From Eledone cirrhosa (Eukaryota): a stretch of 64,000 nt of DNA. Under the pieces are notes generated by a model. The model made no database searches. It was not told where the DNA came from and was given only the letters and a program-made list of their open reading frames with translations. Where the stretch lies: NCBI GenBank assembly GCA_964016885.1, contig OZ024743.1, positions 163,742,001 through 163,806,000 of the forward strand, in the 5' to 3' direction. This document shows, piece by piece, positions 25,158 through 38,069 of this stretch; position 1 is the first letter of the stretch; every line of letters begins with the position of its first letter. A program made the translations under genes and the position numbers.

Positions 25158-25470
25158 GTCATCATCATCACTGTTTTACATCTGTTCTTCCATGCTAGCA
25201 TGGGTTAGACGGGTTGTCCTGTTGTGGGCAGTGTCTGGTCGGCTGACCATGCCTTGCTCATACAGGAATTGATTTTGGCTTGATTTCTACAGCTGGATGC
25301 CCTTCCTAACACCAACCTCATTTACAGTGAGTGCTAGGTGCTTTTTTCCGTGGCGCCTACACGTCCACTTTGCAGTGGGAGGGTGTGGGGTCATATTATC
25401 TATATGCTTCAGCTTGTACCCATGGGAGGTCGGGTACTCTGTATTACTGCGTGACGCCAGAGGTCACGGT
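25158..25470 (-). mobile_element. RTE/SINE shared 3' module
   Basis: GGAAGGGCATCCAGC box, CCATGCTAGCATGG hairpin and (GAT)n tail. Similar modules lie at about 19165-19400, 37305-37625 and 45240-45600. Confidence 0.75.
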
Positions 25471-25524
25471 CGTGTGCATGTATATGTGTATATATATGTG
25501 TGTGTCGTCTATATATATATATAT

Positions 25525-26630
25525 ATTGGGTTGGCCAAAAAGTCAGTTTGGCTTTTGCTGACACTAAACAAACAAGTAGCTAACATTAGTTTGTCCCTTG
25601 AGCATGTGCACTCATTAGATACTCAAAATTTCAACATAGTTTGACATAAACTTGGTTTTATTTTAGCTACATCATGAAAATGGTGGACCTAAAACAAACA
25701 TTATTGACACCTCTTCCTTTAATAAGAAAGGCAAGAAAGCAGTAGAAACATGCAGGAAGATATGCACTGTATTTGGAGAAGTTGCTGTAGGAACCTGCAG
25801 GAAGATATGCACTGTATATGGAAAAATTGCTGTTAAGGAACTTGTGCCAGAGGTGCTTTTCAAAATTTCAGTTCGGAAATTTTTTGGTTCACGATGCACC
25901 TCGCTCTGGCTGACCAACTGAAATTAACAGCAACAAAATGGATGAGTTAGTCAACACTAATCCCCATTATATGACAAGGATGGCTGCAGATATTTTCCAA
26001 ATATCCAAATTGAATGTTAAAAACCATCTGCATCAACTTAGTTATATCAGCAGGCTCAGTGTTTGGGTCCCACATTGATTGAATGAAGCTAAACTCACAC
26101 AACGAATTTCCATCTGTGATTTTTTTGCAGAAATGTGAAGAAAGCGAAAACTTTTTGAAGAGAATGGTGACAGGGGATGAAAAACGTACTGTCTATAAGA
26201 ATGTAAAGTGCAAACAATCATGGGGGAAGTGCGGCAAACCAGCACAAACAACTTCCAAAGCAGAACTTCACCTGAAGAAGGTTATCCTTTCAATTTGGTA
26301 GAATTGGATTGGTGTTATCTTTTACGAGCTTCTTTTCATTGACAGCACCATCAATTCGGATGTATAGTGTGATCTGCCGGACAAATTAAATGCAGTGATT
26401 CACCAGAAGTGTCCAGCACATGCTAAACATTGTCTATCATCACCACAATGCCAAACTGCACACATCTTTGTTGATGTGGCAGAAGTTACTGGGGCTTAGC
26501 TGGGAAGTTTTCCCACACCCTCCATATCTGCCTGGCATTGTGTTTTCAGATTTCCACTTATTTCAGTCTCTTCAAAAATCATTGAATGGATAAACCTTTA
26601 ACTTTGAAGAGGATATAAAAATTCCCCTAG
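25525..26630 (+). mobile_element. Degenerate mariner
   Basis: TA-TTGGGTTGGCCAAAAAGT 5' end; WVPH, FLKRMVTGDEK, LHLKKVILSIW and HPPY remnants. Confidence 0.8.
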
Positions 26631-26659
26631 AAATGCCCAGTGTGGTTACTCTACAATTG

Positions 26660-28690
26660 GAATTGGCTGATTAGATTTTTTAGGCTATTACACCCCCTCT
26701 ACTATCACATACACCCACATAGTCCCAACGTGCATCCAAGATGCCATTCCAATCCCCTGCTAACAGTAAAGAGTGACATGTTCCCAGGAAAGGCTCTAGA
26801 TACCTAAAGAACTCTGACCGCGATGTCCAAGTCAAGGCATAGACAGCCACCAGTCTGACAGTTCCACTTTCACCACCATTCATGTCTAGGACCACCAACT
26901 TGCCCTCCGGGTCCAAGAAGATTGTCCGTATCTCAAGATCCAGCTTTTTCCGAAACAGCACAACAACTCCCCCTCCACCTCCTGGCTCACAAAGAGATGC
27001 ATAGCTCTTAAAGTCAATCGAATGTGGGGGTTAGCTGGTGTTTGTAGTGAATCGAGGACTCGCTGCTGGCTATTACATCTATACAGTGTGACCTGAGGCC
27101 ACATGCATTTAGACATCTGACTCGTAGATTCTCTATGTTAGTGAAGAAGAGTTGGGAAAGCAAAAGGAACACTTACCTTTTTGGCTCCTGGCGGTCAGGT
27201 TGCTCAATCTCCATGTCCAGTTTGTCAGTTTTGTGGGTATTTGGGGGTAATCCTTTTAATAGTATATGGGGTAGGGGCTTTTGGCAGGGGGTCCCATATC
27301 ATATCATGTGGAAAGTTTTGTTATAATGTTTGGTATGTATGTAGTGTAACTTTTATTAATTTTAGATGCATTGTTGGACTTTTGTATATAAAGGTTTTCC
27401 CCTATCTGGATGATAGGGTCCTTTGTGACAGTTTGTATTAGTTGTTTGTTTGTGGTTCTGATGTATATGTAGTTTGTTTTCTTTTTCAGGTGTGCTCTTT
27501 CTGTTTGTGGTTGAGTTTGCACTTTTCTTTTTGTGGTTGGGATTTGTGATTGTGGTGGTGTTGTTATTTGTTTTGTTGGTGAAGTTTTTGGTGATGTGTG
27601 AGTGTTGGTGTTTTTGTTTTTTCTATGTCGTTATTTTTGCCTCTTTGAGTTTTGGGGTTCCTCTTCATCCTTGCTTGGAGATCTAGAGGTTCCTGTGCCC
27701 GAGGCATCAGAATCAGGGGTAGATGGGAGTGGTGAAGTGTTTTTTTTAGTGTTTGACAGAGGAGGAATGGACAAGTGAGAGCTTCTCAGAGGGTTTTCTG
27801 TGGATTGTTGTCTTTAGGGATTAGAGTTTGTGATGGTGGGAGTCTCTGTTCGTTGTTTGTTGGTGTTGTCATGTTTGGGGTTTGGGTGTTGGCAGCAGCT
27901 CCTTGTTTGGTGTGTTTAGCAGTGGGCAAAAGGCTTTTAAATGAGTGGTTTTCCCACACCTGTGGCCCTTTTTCCCTCCATCGAAATGTATGTAGGGAAG
28001 AAGTCGTATTGGCCCATTTTTACGAGGACAAGAGAGAATTTTGGGGCAAGGGCTTCACTTTTGAAGAGCACCGAGATGCTCCCATACTGCTTGGATCTCT
28101 ACAGGTGGGTCATGCCTGGCATTATTTCTTTTAAAGTTGCTTCTACCACATGTGTTGGAAGCATTACAGTTTTTTTAATCTAGTGAGATGGTTCTGTAGA
28201 TTAGCTTTTTACATTGAGTTGTGGCTCACATTTCTGGTGGTTGATGTGGGCCGTGTCTTCCTTAAATGTTACATACTTGGCTGCCTCAGCCCAAAAATTC
28301 AAAAAATTCTGGTTCCTTGGCAACAGTTGCTGCAAAGGAATTTTTGATATGGACATTGCTGTTATTGTTGTTGTTTTCAGTGGTCACATTATTCTTATTG
28401 TTGGTGTTGTTATTGTTGTTGGTTTCATTGTTTTAGCGCTTGAAATATATGAAGGGACAACATCATTCTCTTTGCTTGTTAAGCTTGGCTTTCAAGACGT
28501 TGGGTACGCCATTCTTTCTGTAGCCATTTTTCAAGTCAGTTATTCAAAGTTTACAAAATTTTAAAACTATAAACACAGTTTAGCTCCAAAGGGCGGAACA
28601 CTTTGAAAGACTAACCAGCTCAAAATAGAACCGGTTAGTCCTTCTACAAATTAACACAAAATTTGATTCACAAATCCACAATTTTCTAAT
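26660..28690 (-). mobile_element. 5' part of an L1/Tx1-clade LINE (decayed ORF1 region plus AP endonuclease)
   Basis: ORF 26680-26961 DPEGKLVVLD..RLVAVYA..LLLAGDWNGILD; A-rich sense strand upstream. Confidence 0.65.
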
Positions 28691-31614
28691 AAAACCTTTA
28701 AAGAAACTCACCAAAGGAGTTGTATGCATATCAGGATAGATAAATTGATAGATATACACACACACATGTAGATACAAACATATGCGGAAACATATATACA
28801 CTCTGTTCAATGACCACTGACTCTTCCGAGTTTATCTGCCTTATGATAGGTTTTGTATTCATCTCCCAGGTTGTTTAAAAAAATCACCCTGCACACCAAG
28901 CCGGCTCTGTGTTGCAGACAATCAAATTGTGCAACAAATTGAACTGGGTTTTATGTAACCAATAGTACTCATGAGCAATCTAACATGTATGTATATAGAC
29001 ATATAAATATGCATACATACGTACATGATAGAGGAGAGCAAGGGAAAGTTTGAACTCAGCACATAAATGAGCATAACTGAATAGTGCAAGCCATTTTGCT
29101 TGTCTTCCCTGCTCTATCAATTCAGTCAAATATTGATGATGATGATGTGCACACATATTACAAAGAGTACTTTCACTACAATTGAAACAACAGCACCAAG
29201 AACAATACTGTACACACCCAAAGCTGTACTTGGTAATGCAATGACAGCATGCAATGATAATAATGGCCACAACTACATATCACTTGACATTTAATCCCAA
29301 ACGTTTTCGTGTCTGCCACTCAAATACTTTCATAAGATTGTTGGTGGTTTTGATGATCATGGTTGTGTTGGCAGAGATGGTAATGTTGGACTAAATGTCA
29401 AACACTGCCTGACAGTCAACAACTGGCTGTTGTTGTTATTGTTGTTGATGTTGTTTAGCCACAGATCAGCCATGATCAAGCTCACTTATAATAAAGGTGC
29501 CTTAGCTATGACCATTCAGCTTATTTTTAGTGACATCAAGGGCAGAATTATGTGTGTGTGCATATATGTGTCCTTGTGTATATAGGTGTGTGTACATATA
29601 TATGTGGGTAAGTGCTTGTGTTTTTGTTCACATCTTTCATAGAGTTTCATTAAAAAAAATGTACTGCTTCAATCTTAAATTCATAAAGAAAGCGTGTTTG
29701 AATTCCTCTCTTCCTCCCCCTCTCACTCTTCATGTCTCACATTTGTAATCCGTAACCTTATAATACATGTCTTGTAAATAACAATGGTAATAATAATACA
29801 ATTATTTCTGAAAGATATAGAAAAAACAACAAATGTAGCGTTGATCCAAAAGTTTACCTTACTAGCATTAATGATTTCTTATTAGTCACAAGGGCTTGCA
29901 TATAGATATATAGGAGTTGGACAAGCTTATATAAAAACAAGGGTAGGGACATTGTATAACAGACAGATTAATATAAAACATGAAATAAGTATAACATTAT
30001 AAAATACATAATAATTAACACACAATATGATATAAAATACCATATATACTCAAATATAAGCCAAGGAATATGTGACCAAAACATCGATGCTTATATTCAG
30101 GGTCAATATTTTGATGATTTTCAACCAACTTCAAATTCTACATAAATAAGGTGCTAAAATATCTGGAGTGATTATTTCACAATGAAACACTGTTTTTCTA
30201 CATTTAGTACATCGTCATTGGTGTTATTTATGCATTCCCATGAAAATATTTGAACTTTTTAATACATAAATATCCCATACACATACACTCACTCACGCAC
30301 ACACACATATGCACACATACACACATCTCATACATGTTTTTTTTCTGACAATACTTTTTCTTTCAATCTTCTGATTTGATTTTATTGTTCTCTCTCTCTC
30401 TCTTTTTCTTGCTCTGCCTCCCCTCACACTTACTTGTTACCTCTCCCTCCTACTTTATGAATCCCTATTCAAAGTTCTCTCATTTGATCTCTTGCTTTCG
30501 AGTGTCTGGGAGTAAACAAAAATTCAAGAAACTTGTTGAAACTTAACATAATGGAAAATCATTACATAATGGAGTTGTGAAACAAAAACTATATTCTAAA
30601 TGACACTTGAAGCATTTTAAACACCAAAATATTAAAACTTCATAAATTTATTTTATACTCATGAATTTCAAAACCATGCTATCCAAACATAATGTGTTAA
30701 TAAATTGCCTCGGCTTATAAATGGGGTTTGGATTTTTGTCCATTTCTCAGACATAAAATAAGGTGGGGGTGTCTGCTTGTATTTGAGTATATACTGTATA
30801 TAAACCATTTAATGTTACTTTACTCCTTTCATCTTATAATACTCCAATCCTCTCTCCTACTTTTTTTAGAAAACTTTTTTATTTTGTTAAATTATCTTTC
30901 AAATTTTAAAGCAAATGTTTGAAAATGTTTGGTGAAATATGGGGGGGGGGGGGGTCAATTGTTCAGGTTGTGGGGAAAGTAACATTTGTCATGAAACATG
31001 TAAAAGTTTATGAAAAATATATTCTCTGTTTTTCTTCAAAACTTTTCAAATATTTTCCTAAAAGTTTCTCAAACATTCCAATCAAACTTATCTCAAAATT
31101 TTCTCAAAAGATTTTTGAAAACACTCCGTAAAATTTTAGAAAGGTCTTAAGGATAATTAAGAAAAGAATTTTTGAAAGCATTTTGTTAATAATTTTGAGA
31201 GAATATTATTTGAAATTTTTTATAATAGAAAATATTAAAGAAAATTTTGAGAAAAAAAGTTCGAAAAAAAAGTGAGGAAAATTGTTGATGAAATTTTTTC
31301 AGAAATATTTTAATGATCTTTCAAAGAAAATATTGAGAAAAATTTTTAGAAATGGAAGAAAATTTTTGGTGAAATTATTGTATGGTTAAATTTCTTTCTG
31401 TGATTGAAGTAGAAGTGATGATGGGGATCTGGTGGAGGTGATGGTTCTGGCCATGGTGAGAGAAGAGAAACAGAGAACAAAACAATTGTTAGGGTTATGA
31501 GAAGGTAAAATTTGTAATGTGTAAGATTTCTTCAAAATTTTCTCAAAAGATTTTCTCCAATTTTTGAGAATTGTTTTATGGAAATTTTTTATGAAAGTTT
31601 TTGAAAAGTTTTGA

Positions 31615-32512
31615 AAAATTCTGACTATGGAAACAGCAGTTGGAATTAAGAGGACTGAGAGTGAACCCAGCTAAGACAAAAATGTTGATAAGTAAAAAAA
31701 GTCTGATTCCGTCAGGGAAATGGTCATGTTCGATATGTAGAAAAGGAACTGGCATAAATTCTATAAAATATACGCAATGCAGATCTTGGGTACACAAGAG
31801 ATGAAGTGGGATAGCAGGCAAACTAACAGGTAGGGGAAAATACGTATGCAGTAGATGTACAGGGAAATTTGACAGTAGAAGTCGCAGTGATAGACACATT
31901 TTTCAAATGCAGGTAGGTTCTATAGAAGTGGTTGATAGCTTCCGGTACCTAGGTGATCAGATTAGTATGGGAGAGGGGTGTTCTGAGGCCATAGCATCTA
32001 GAATAAGGATGGGTTGGAAGAAGTTTAGGGAGCTGCTTCCTCTGTTGATGCTCCCTGCATACGAAAGGCCGATTATGTGATGCCTGTGTGAGATGCGCGA
32101 TGCTGCATGGTAGGGAGACATGGGCAGCAACTGCAGAGGATATGCAACAGCTGGAGAGAAATGAAGCAAGCATGCTCCATAGGATGTGTAATGAACGACG
32201 AAGCATGGATGAGTTGAGAGAGAAACTGTGTATAAGAGGGATAAGTTGTAGTATGTGGGAGAGAAGACTGCAATGATATGGACATGTGATGCGCATGGAG
32301 GATGATCGCTGGGTAAAGAAGTGCCAAAAAATGCCAGTAGAAGGAAGACCACAAAAAACATGGGCGGAGGTGGTGAGAGCAGACCTCAGATCGCTGAAGC
32401 TCACAGTGGAGATGACAAAGGACCGTGACAAGTGGAGAGATGCAGTGCTGAATAGGACCCGTCCCAACCCTTGCAAGCAGGGAAAAGTGGACATAAAATG
32501 ATGATGATGATG
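31615..32512 (+). mobile_element. 5'-truncated RTE LINE family A
   Basis: Close homologue of 11180-12088, including the Cys/His region, 3' hairpin and (GAT)n tail. Confidence 0.9.
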
Positions 32513-32961
32513 ATTTATTTCAAATTAGACCACCTTCTTGAACATGTTCACTTAAAAATATTTTTTTAATAATTAAAATATACGCAGACATGAATATAAT
32601 TTAAAATGAAATTGGAAGGCCCATATGTGTGTGTATGTGTGCATATATATATATGTGTGTGTGTATGTACATATATGTGTGTGTGTATACATATATATGT
32701 GTGTGTATGTATCTATATATGTGGGTATCTGTGACCTATATACACTGGTTACAGACACACACACACACTTAGAAACCCTTCCTATTTAGCAGGAAGTATT
32801 CGCTACACACACCCTGTCCTAACTCAAGTTATATGATACATATGACTTAATATTCAGCCACCAAATTCGAGGTAGATACAGTAATGCCGTATTTAATTGT
32901 TTGAAGTCACCTGTTATAATTTCATTCAACAACACCACTAGCTCTCTCTCTCTTCCATTTT

Positions 32962-32995
<34 letters not shown>

Positions 32996-33469
32996 TTATG
33001 AAGGTACCCAGAAAAACCCCTTGGGAACCCGTGCTCCGATTTACACGAAACTTGTTTCATTCCATTTGTATTCTCATTTCAGGAGCAACTTCCTTTCAAA
33101 GTATTTTCCCATTATGCGCCATTTTGGCTGTATTAAATTACAGACAAGCACACAATTAGAGAGTTTTAGTAGTATATAGATAACACACCCATACATAAAC
33201 ATGTACAAACACTAGTTGGGACATGCCAACTGAAAATAAACCCTGAGGTACCCAGAGCAAATATAGTAAAGATAAAGCAAACACAGCGTGCCCTAAATCT
33301 AATATCACTACTACAAATAAACAAGCCCAGAGACACAGAAACCCCACCACAAATAGTTACAACACTAGACCTAACACTGCCTCCCCATCCCATGGCACAT
33401 ATCTGAGTGAACCCCCCACAAAATAGAGCAAAACCAAAGAAATCAGGCCACAGCAGAACAGGACCAGAT

Positions 33470-34860
33470 CATGTTCTGAATTATGGTATAACCCACCACA
33501 CTCCTCGTGGCTACAAACCAGCATAGCTCAACTTTTCTTCAATGCACTAGATAAATGTTTCCCCAAATCACAGATATAGCAGAATATTTAATAGACATAC
33601 AGTTATCATACTCTACCACCAAAAACATAGCCCAGAACATAGTTAGGATTAATTATAAAAATTTGAAAATTGAACATAACGAAAATGCACACACTAACGA
33701 ATATAACACAGAACATTACAGAAACGTAGTAAGGACACTGAATAATACACAGCATAGACACCACCCCAGTAACCCACAGCAGGCAGGCAGATATAATAGA
33801 AACACAACACACAATAACAACAATAAACATGAACTGTAATGGCCGGATTCCAGCCAACTGCCATATGCAGAATAAATGACTCCATAGAAACATAGTATAT
33901 GAATGTAGAGTTACTACTAGGTACAAAACTTATAACTACATCTGAGTAACATCGACTAGTTTTAAGGATAAGTGGTACAATCATTGCCACTCATTTAGAT
34001 TAAATATGAAGATTATGAATAGATTAAATATGAAGCACGGCACTATCTGAATGCATATTGAAGCTAAAACAGAACCGTGTACATCACTTGTTGTTTTGGC
34101 ACATGCCTGCAAATACATTTCTATATGTAAGTGAATCTTTTTCGCATGGCTGTGATCTTTGCACCACTGAAACTCTACACATTATTAATAGGGGACACCA
34201 GATGATTAACAAATGCTCTGACCTATTATTTAAAACTTTCCTGAGATTATATAGTTAGCATACATCATAGACATTAACCTCAACCTAAACATAATCACGA
34301 AACCTATAAATTCAATGCCTCATTACATAGTTACACATGAATTTCCTTCTCTAATAACACATAGCCCGGAAATATAAATATGTAGCCTTAAGTTCAAACA
34401 AATAAATAAGTAAAATATTGGAACAAATTCTTTAACATATATGAACCATGGCGACTCACCCCTCTGGTAATTTGATACCTTAACCTTCTTACCATCCCAA
34501 GAATATCAGCAAGAATAGTGTCTCCCACATTCTATCTGCCTACTATGATAACCATCTAAATCATATGGTTACTGGAGAGAACTGCTACCACAGCGCTCCT
34601 AACTCCAGTCACATATCAAAAACAAAAAGCACCTGTCTGAAGAAAACATGTGAAAGGGTTGTTATCCAATCACTTTGACGTCTTCGAAATACATATAACA
34701 GGATTATAATAAACAGAAGATGTACATTTCAAACCTTCTCTCTTCTTTATAATATTAACACTCTGGTTGATATCTTATCGATAACACTTTAAGGAATACA
34801 AATCGTAGAGTGCTTTATGTCTGTTTACAACAAAAGTTGGTGGATTATCTGATCAACCAA
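33470..34860 (+). mobile_element. Degenerate Penelope-like element: RT C-terminal linker, GIY-YIG region and pseudo-LTR
   Basis: WYNPPHS..LDKCFPKSQ..RIFNRHTV; NC....ANCHMQNK..NIVYECRV; CDLCTTE..IINR..INKCSDL; downstream hammerhead. Confidence 0.7.
34632..34702 (+). ncRNA. Hammerhead ribozyme motif in Penelope pseudo-LTR
   Basis: CCTGT CTGAAGA [long imperfect stem II] C GAAA TACATA TA ACAGG, with 5-bp stem I CCTGT/ACAGG. Confidence 0.7.
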
Positions 34861-35279
34861 CTTTCCTAAATTGGATAATATGTATATATATATCATCATC
34901 ATCATCGTTTAACGTCCATCTTCCATGCTAGCATGGGTTAGACGGGAGTTGTCCCACTTGAGGCAAGGCTGGTCGGGTGACCGTGTCTCACTCATATGGG
35001 ACTATCTGGCAGGTTTTCTACGGCTGGATGCCCTTCCTAACACCAACCACGTTTACAGTGTGGAACTGGGAACTCTTTACCGTGTTACCTACACGGCCAC
35101 ATTACAGCGTGGACTGTGTGTTTTTTTTGTCATGACACCTACACGATCTCGATCTTATTATCTCATTTATTTGGACTGGATGTTGTGGTACCAACTTTAC
35201 AGAGAGAGGGTGGTGTTGGTGGGAGTGAGAGGATAGAGTAGGGGTAGTGGATTGGGGTGTATATTTGGTTGAGAGGTGC

Positions 35280-36170
35280 CTACTGACTGTAGGTTTCGCT
35301 TTGTACATAGGCAAGGCGGGTCTTCTGTAATACTGCGTAGCGCCAAAGATCTCGGTCCAGTGACATCGTCTTATAGAGGTGCCAGTGTGTAAGGTCGGAA
35401 TTTATCAGATCGTCCCAGGTTTTTCTGGGTCTACCTACACTGTAACTTCCATCAATTTTGATCGCCCTGAACTTTTTTATGCAGCTGTCGTCTTTCATGC
35501 GCATCACGTGATCATACCAACGTAGTCTTCTCTCAAGTAAACGACATCTGATCCCTCTTATTCCTAATTTCTCACTTAGTTCATTTATGCTTTGCCATTC
35601 ACGTATATTACTATTACCCATCCAACGGAGCATGCATGCTTCGTTCCTTTCCAGTCTGCGCAGGTCCTCTGCACGTAATGCCCATGTCTCACTGCCATGT
35701 AGCATTGCTGTTCGTATACAGGCATCATACAATCTGCCTTTCATTTTTAGAGAGAAACCTTTTGTGGCCAACAACGGTATAAGCTCTCTGAACTTTTTCC
35801 ATCCCATTCTGACTCTGGCTACTGTACTTTCAGACCACCCGCCACCACTGCTGATTTTGTCACCCAGGTAACGGAAAGTGTCTACTATTTCTATAGAACC
35901 ATCTGGGCAATAGAAGGAGCTAGTATCCTGTGGACACTTGCTACCTATTGCACCTGAGCATTGGCCACATATAAAGTCTACGTTCTTGGATAGTTTACCT
36001 GTGATCCCACTACATCTTTTATGTACCCATACTTTGCATTTGGGACATAAAATGGAATTTCTGCCTACTCCTTTCTTACACACTGAGCATGGCCATTTCC
36101 ATGAGGGCACCTGTGCCCTATTTTCCTTTCTACAAACCAGAACTTTAGTCTTAGACAACTTTAAGGCCAT
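35280..36170 (-). pseudogene. RTE ORF2 C-terminal part containing a PHD finger (35958-36089) and RT thumb region
   Basis: 296 open codons: SKTKVL, C4HC3 motif, FRYLG, AMLHGSETW, RRLRWYDHV, GRPRKTW. Confidence 0.88.
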
Positions 36171-36649
36171 TTGATTCTAGGCCATGCTTCCATGTTTGGA
36201 ATTTCTTCTCTAGTTCAGCCATTGATTCAGCTATGAGCGTTAGATCATCTGCATATAGGAGTTCCCATGGGCAGCCAGTCCTAAACTCCTCTGTCATAGC
36301 CTGAAGGGCAATAATAAATAGGAGGGGGCTAAGGACAGAGTCTTGATGAACGCCAACTTTTACACTAAATTCTTCACAATATTCATTGTTAATTCAAACC
36401 TTACTGACTGTTTCATTATACATAGCTTGTATAGCTCTCATAAGCCATTAATCTACACCTAGTTTTCTAAGAGCCCACCAGATAATAGAGCGGGGGACTC
36501 TGTCAAAGGCTTTCTCCAGGTCTACAAAAGCTAAGTAGAGGGGTTTACTTTTTGCTAGGTACTTCTCTTGTAGTTGTCGTACAAGGAAAAGAGCGTCTGT
36601 GGTACTTTTACCTGACACCAACCCAAACTGCATTTCATCTAGATCAATT

Positions 36650-37005
36650 GATAATGAAGAATGTAAGTCGTTAGATCAGAAGGCATTAAATAGACAAACT
36701 CCATTACAAGTATGTACTTCATTTATTCTTGCTTCACACTGTGAAACTCATTTTGCCTGTATTTCCATGTGTGAGATACGACAGGATATGGCGTATCAAA
36801 GAATCAACGTTTTGATGATAGCAGATTTTTCTGGAGACTGGTCTTCTGTCTTAACTTCCATTCTCTGGTCTAAGTAGTCCAGTTACTTGTATCGCTACGC
36901 CGAAGATTTTGATTGGCTCACACTTCAGCCAATTTACTTCCGTAACATTTTTCTTCCGCCGAAGGAAAATACATTTAATTACAAAGGATATATATTACTG
37001 CTACA
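36650..37005 (-). mobile_element. Solo LTR of the 603-5536 Gypsy family
   Basis: 356 bp, near-identical to both LTRs; TSD AATT at 36646-36649 and 37006-37009. Removing it restores the LINE reading RIDLDEM. Confidence 0.95.
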
Positions 37006-37268
37006 AATTCGCTATCTGATTAGTTGCGCTATAACTCTTTCTGTGACCTTCATGACCTGGTCAACTAACTTAATGCCTCTATAGTTTCCCCTATCTAGAG
37101 CATCCCCTTTACCCTTGTAGCAGATAATGATGATGCTGCTATGCCAATCTTTCGGTATGACCCCATTCTGTATTACTTGGTTTACTATACGGGTGACCAT
37201 AGTGTGTCCCACCATATCAGATGCCTTCAACATCTCAGCAACTATCTCCGAAGGCCCAGCTGATTTGC

Positions 37269-37306
<38 letters not shown>

Positions 37307-37778
37307 CATCATCATCATCATCATCAACGTTTAACGTCCGTGTTCCACGCTTGCATGGGTTTGGACGGGGATATTCCTACTTGAGGCAAGAGTGATTGTC
37401 TTGCTCGCATAGGACTGTCTGGCAGGTTTTCTACAGTTGGATGCCCTTCCTAACACCAACCCCATTTACAGTGTGGGTCTGGGAGGTTTTTACCGTGTTG
37501 CCTACACGGCCACATTACAGCGTGGACTGTGTGTTTTTTTGTCGTGACACCTACACGATCTCATTTGTTTCGGCCTGGATGGCGCGGCACCAACATAACT
37601 TTACATAGAACGGGGCGGTGTGGATGGGGTGGGGATATATATATATATATATATATCTACGTGTGCATACTCTGGTAATGTATCTTACATTGCCCATGGA
37701 GTACGCTGAGATACAATCGGTACTGGCATTGATAAATATGCTGGGTCCGTCAACCCTTATTATTATTATATATATATC

Positions 37779-37845
<67 letters not shown>

Positions 37846-38069
37846 GGTAGTTAGTTTACATGAGTATTAATAGTAATCCAATTATTGTAGTTGTGCCTGC
37901 AGCTCAAACATTTCTTACATTAATGATTTACTGAAAGCCTGTTTACATCTTAGCTCTCATAATAATAGAAAACTGTATTTCTATAAACATTTCAATCTGT
38001 TTTCTCTTGCTGATCTAACTAACGTTGCTATACAATTGGATTCATATATTTACACATACATATATATAA

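Larger units (their letters stand above)
34893..37268 (-). mobile_element. 5'-truncated RTE LINE family B, interrupted by a solo LTR
   Basis: ORFs 37012-37233, 36448-36633 (FVDLEKAFD) and 35280-36170; 3' UTR and (GAT)n tail. Confidence 0.93.

Noticed and set aside
25750-25840. Direct repeat of about 44 bp (TGCAGGAAGATATGCACTGTA...)
   Set aside because: A local tandem duplication inside a dead mariner with no sign of function.
27304-28564. Hydrophobic membrane-protein-like ORFs on the + strand
   Set aside because: Antisense translation of the A/C-rich ORF1 region of the L1/Tx1 element.
28935-28985. Additional hammerhead-like motif on the minus strand
   Set aside because: Both core segments are mutated (CTCATGA, ATAAAA); too degenerate to support.
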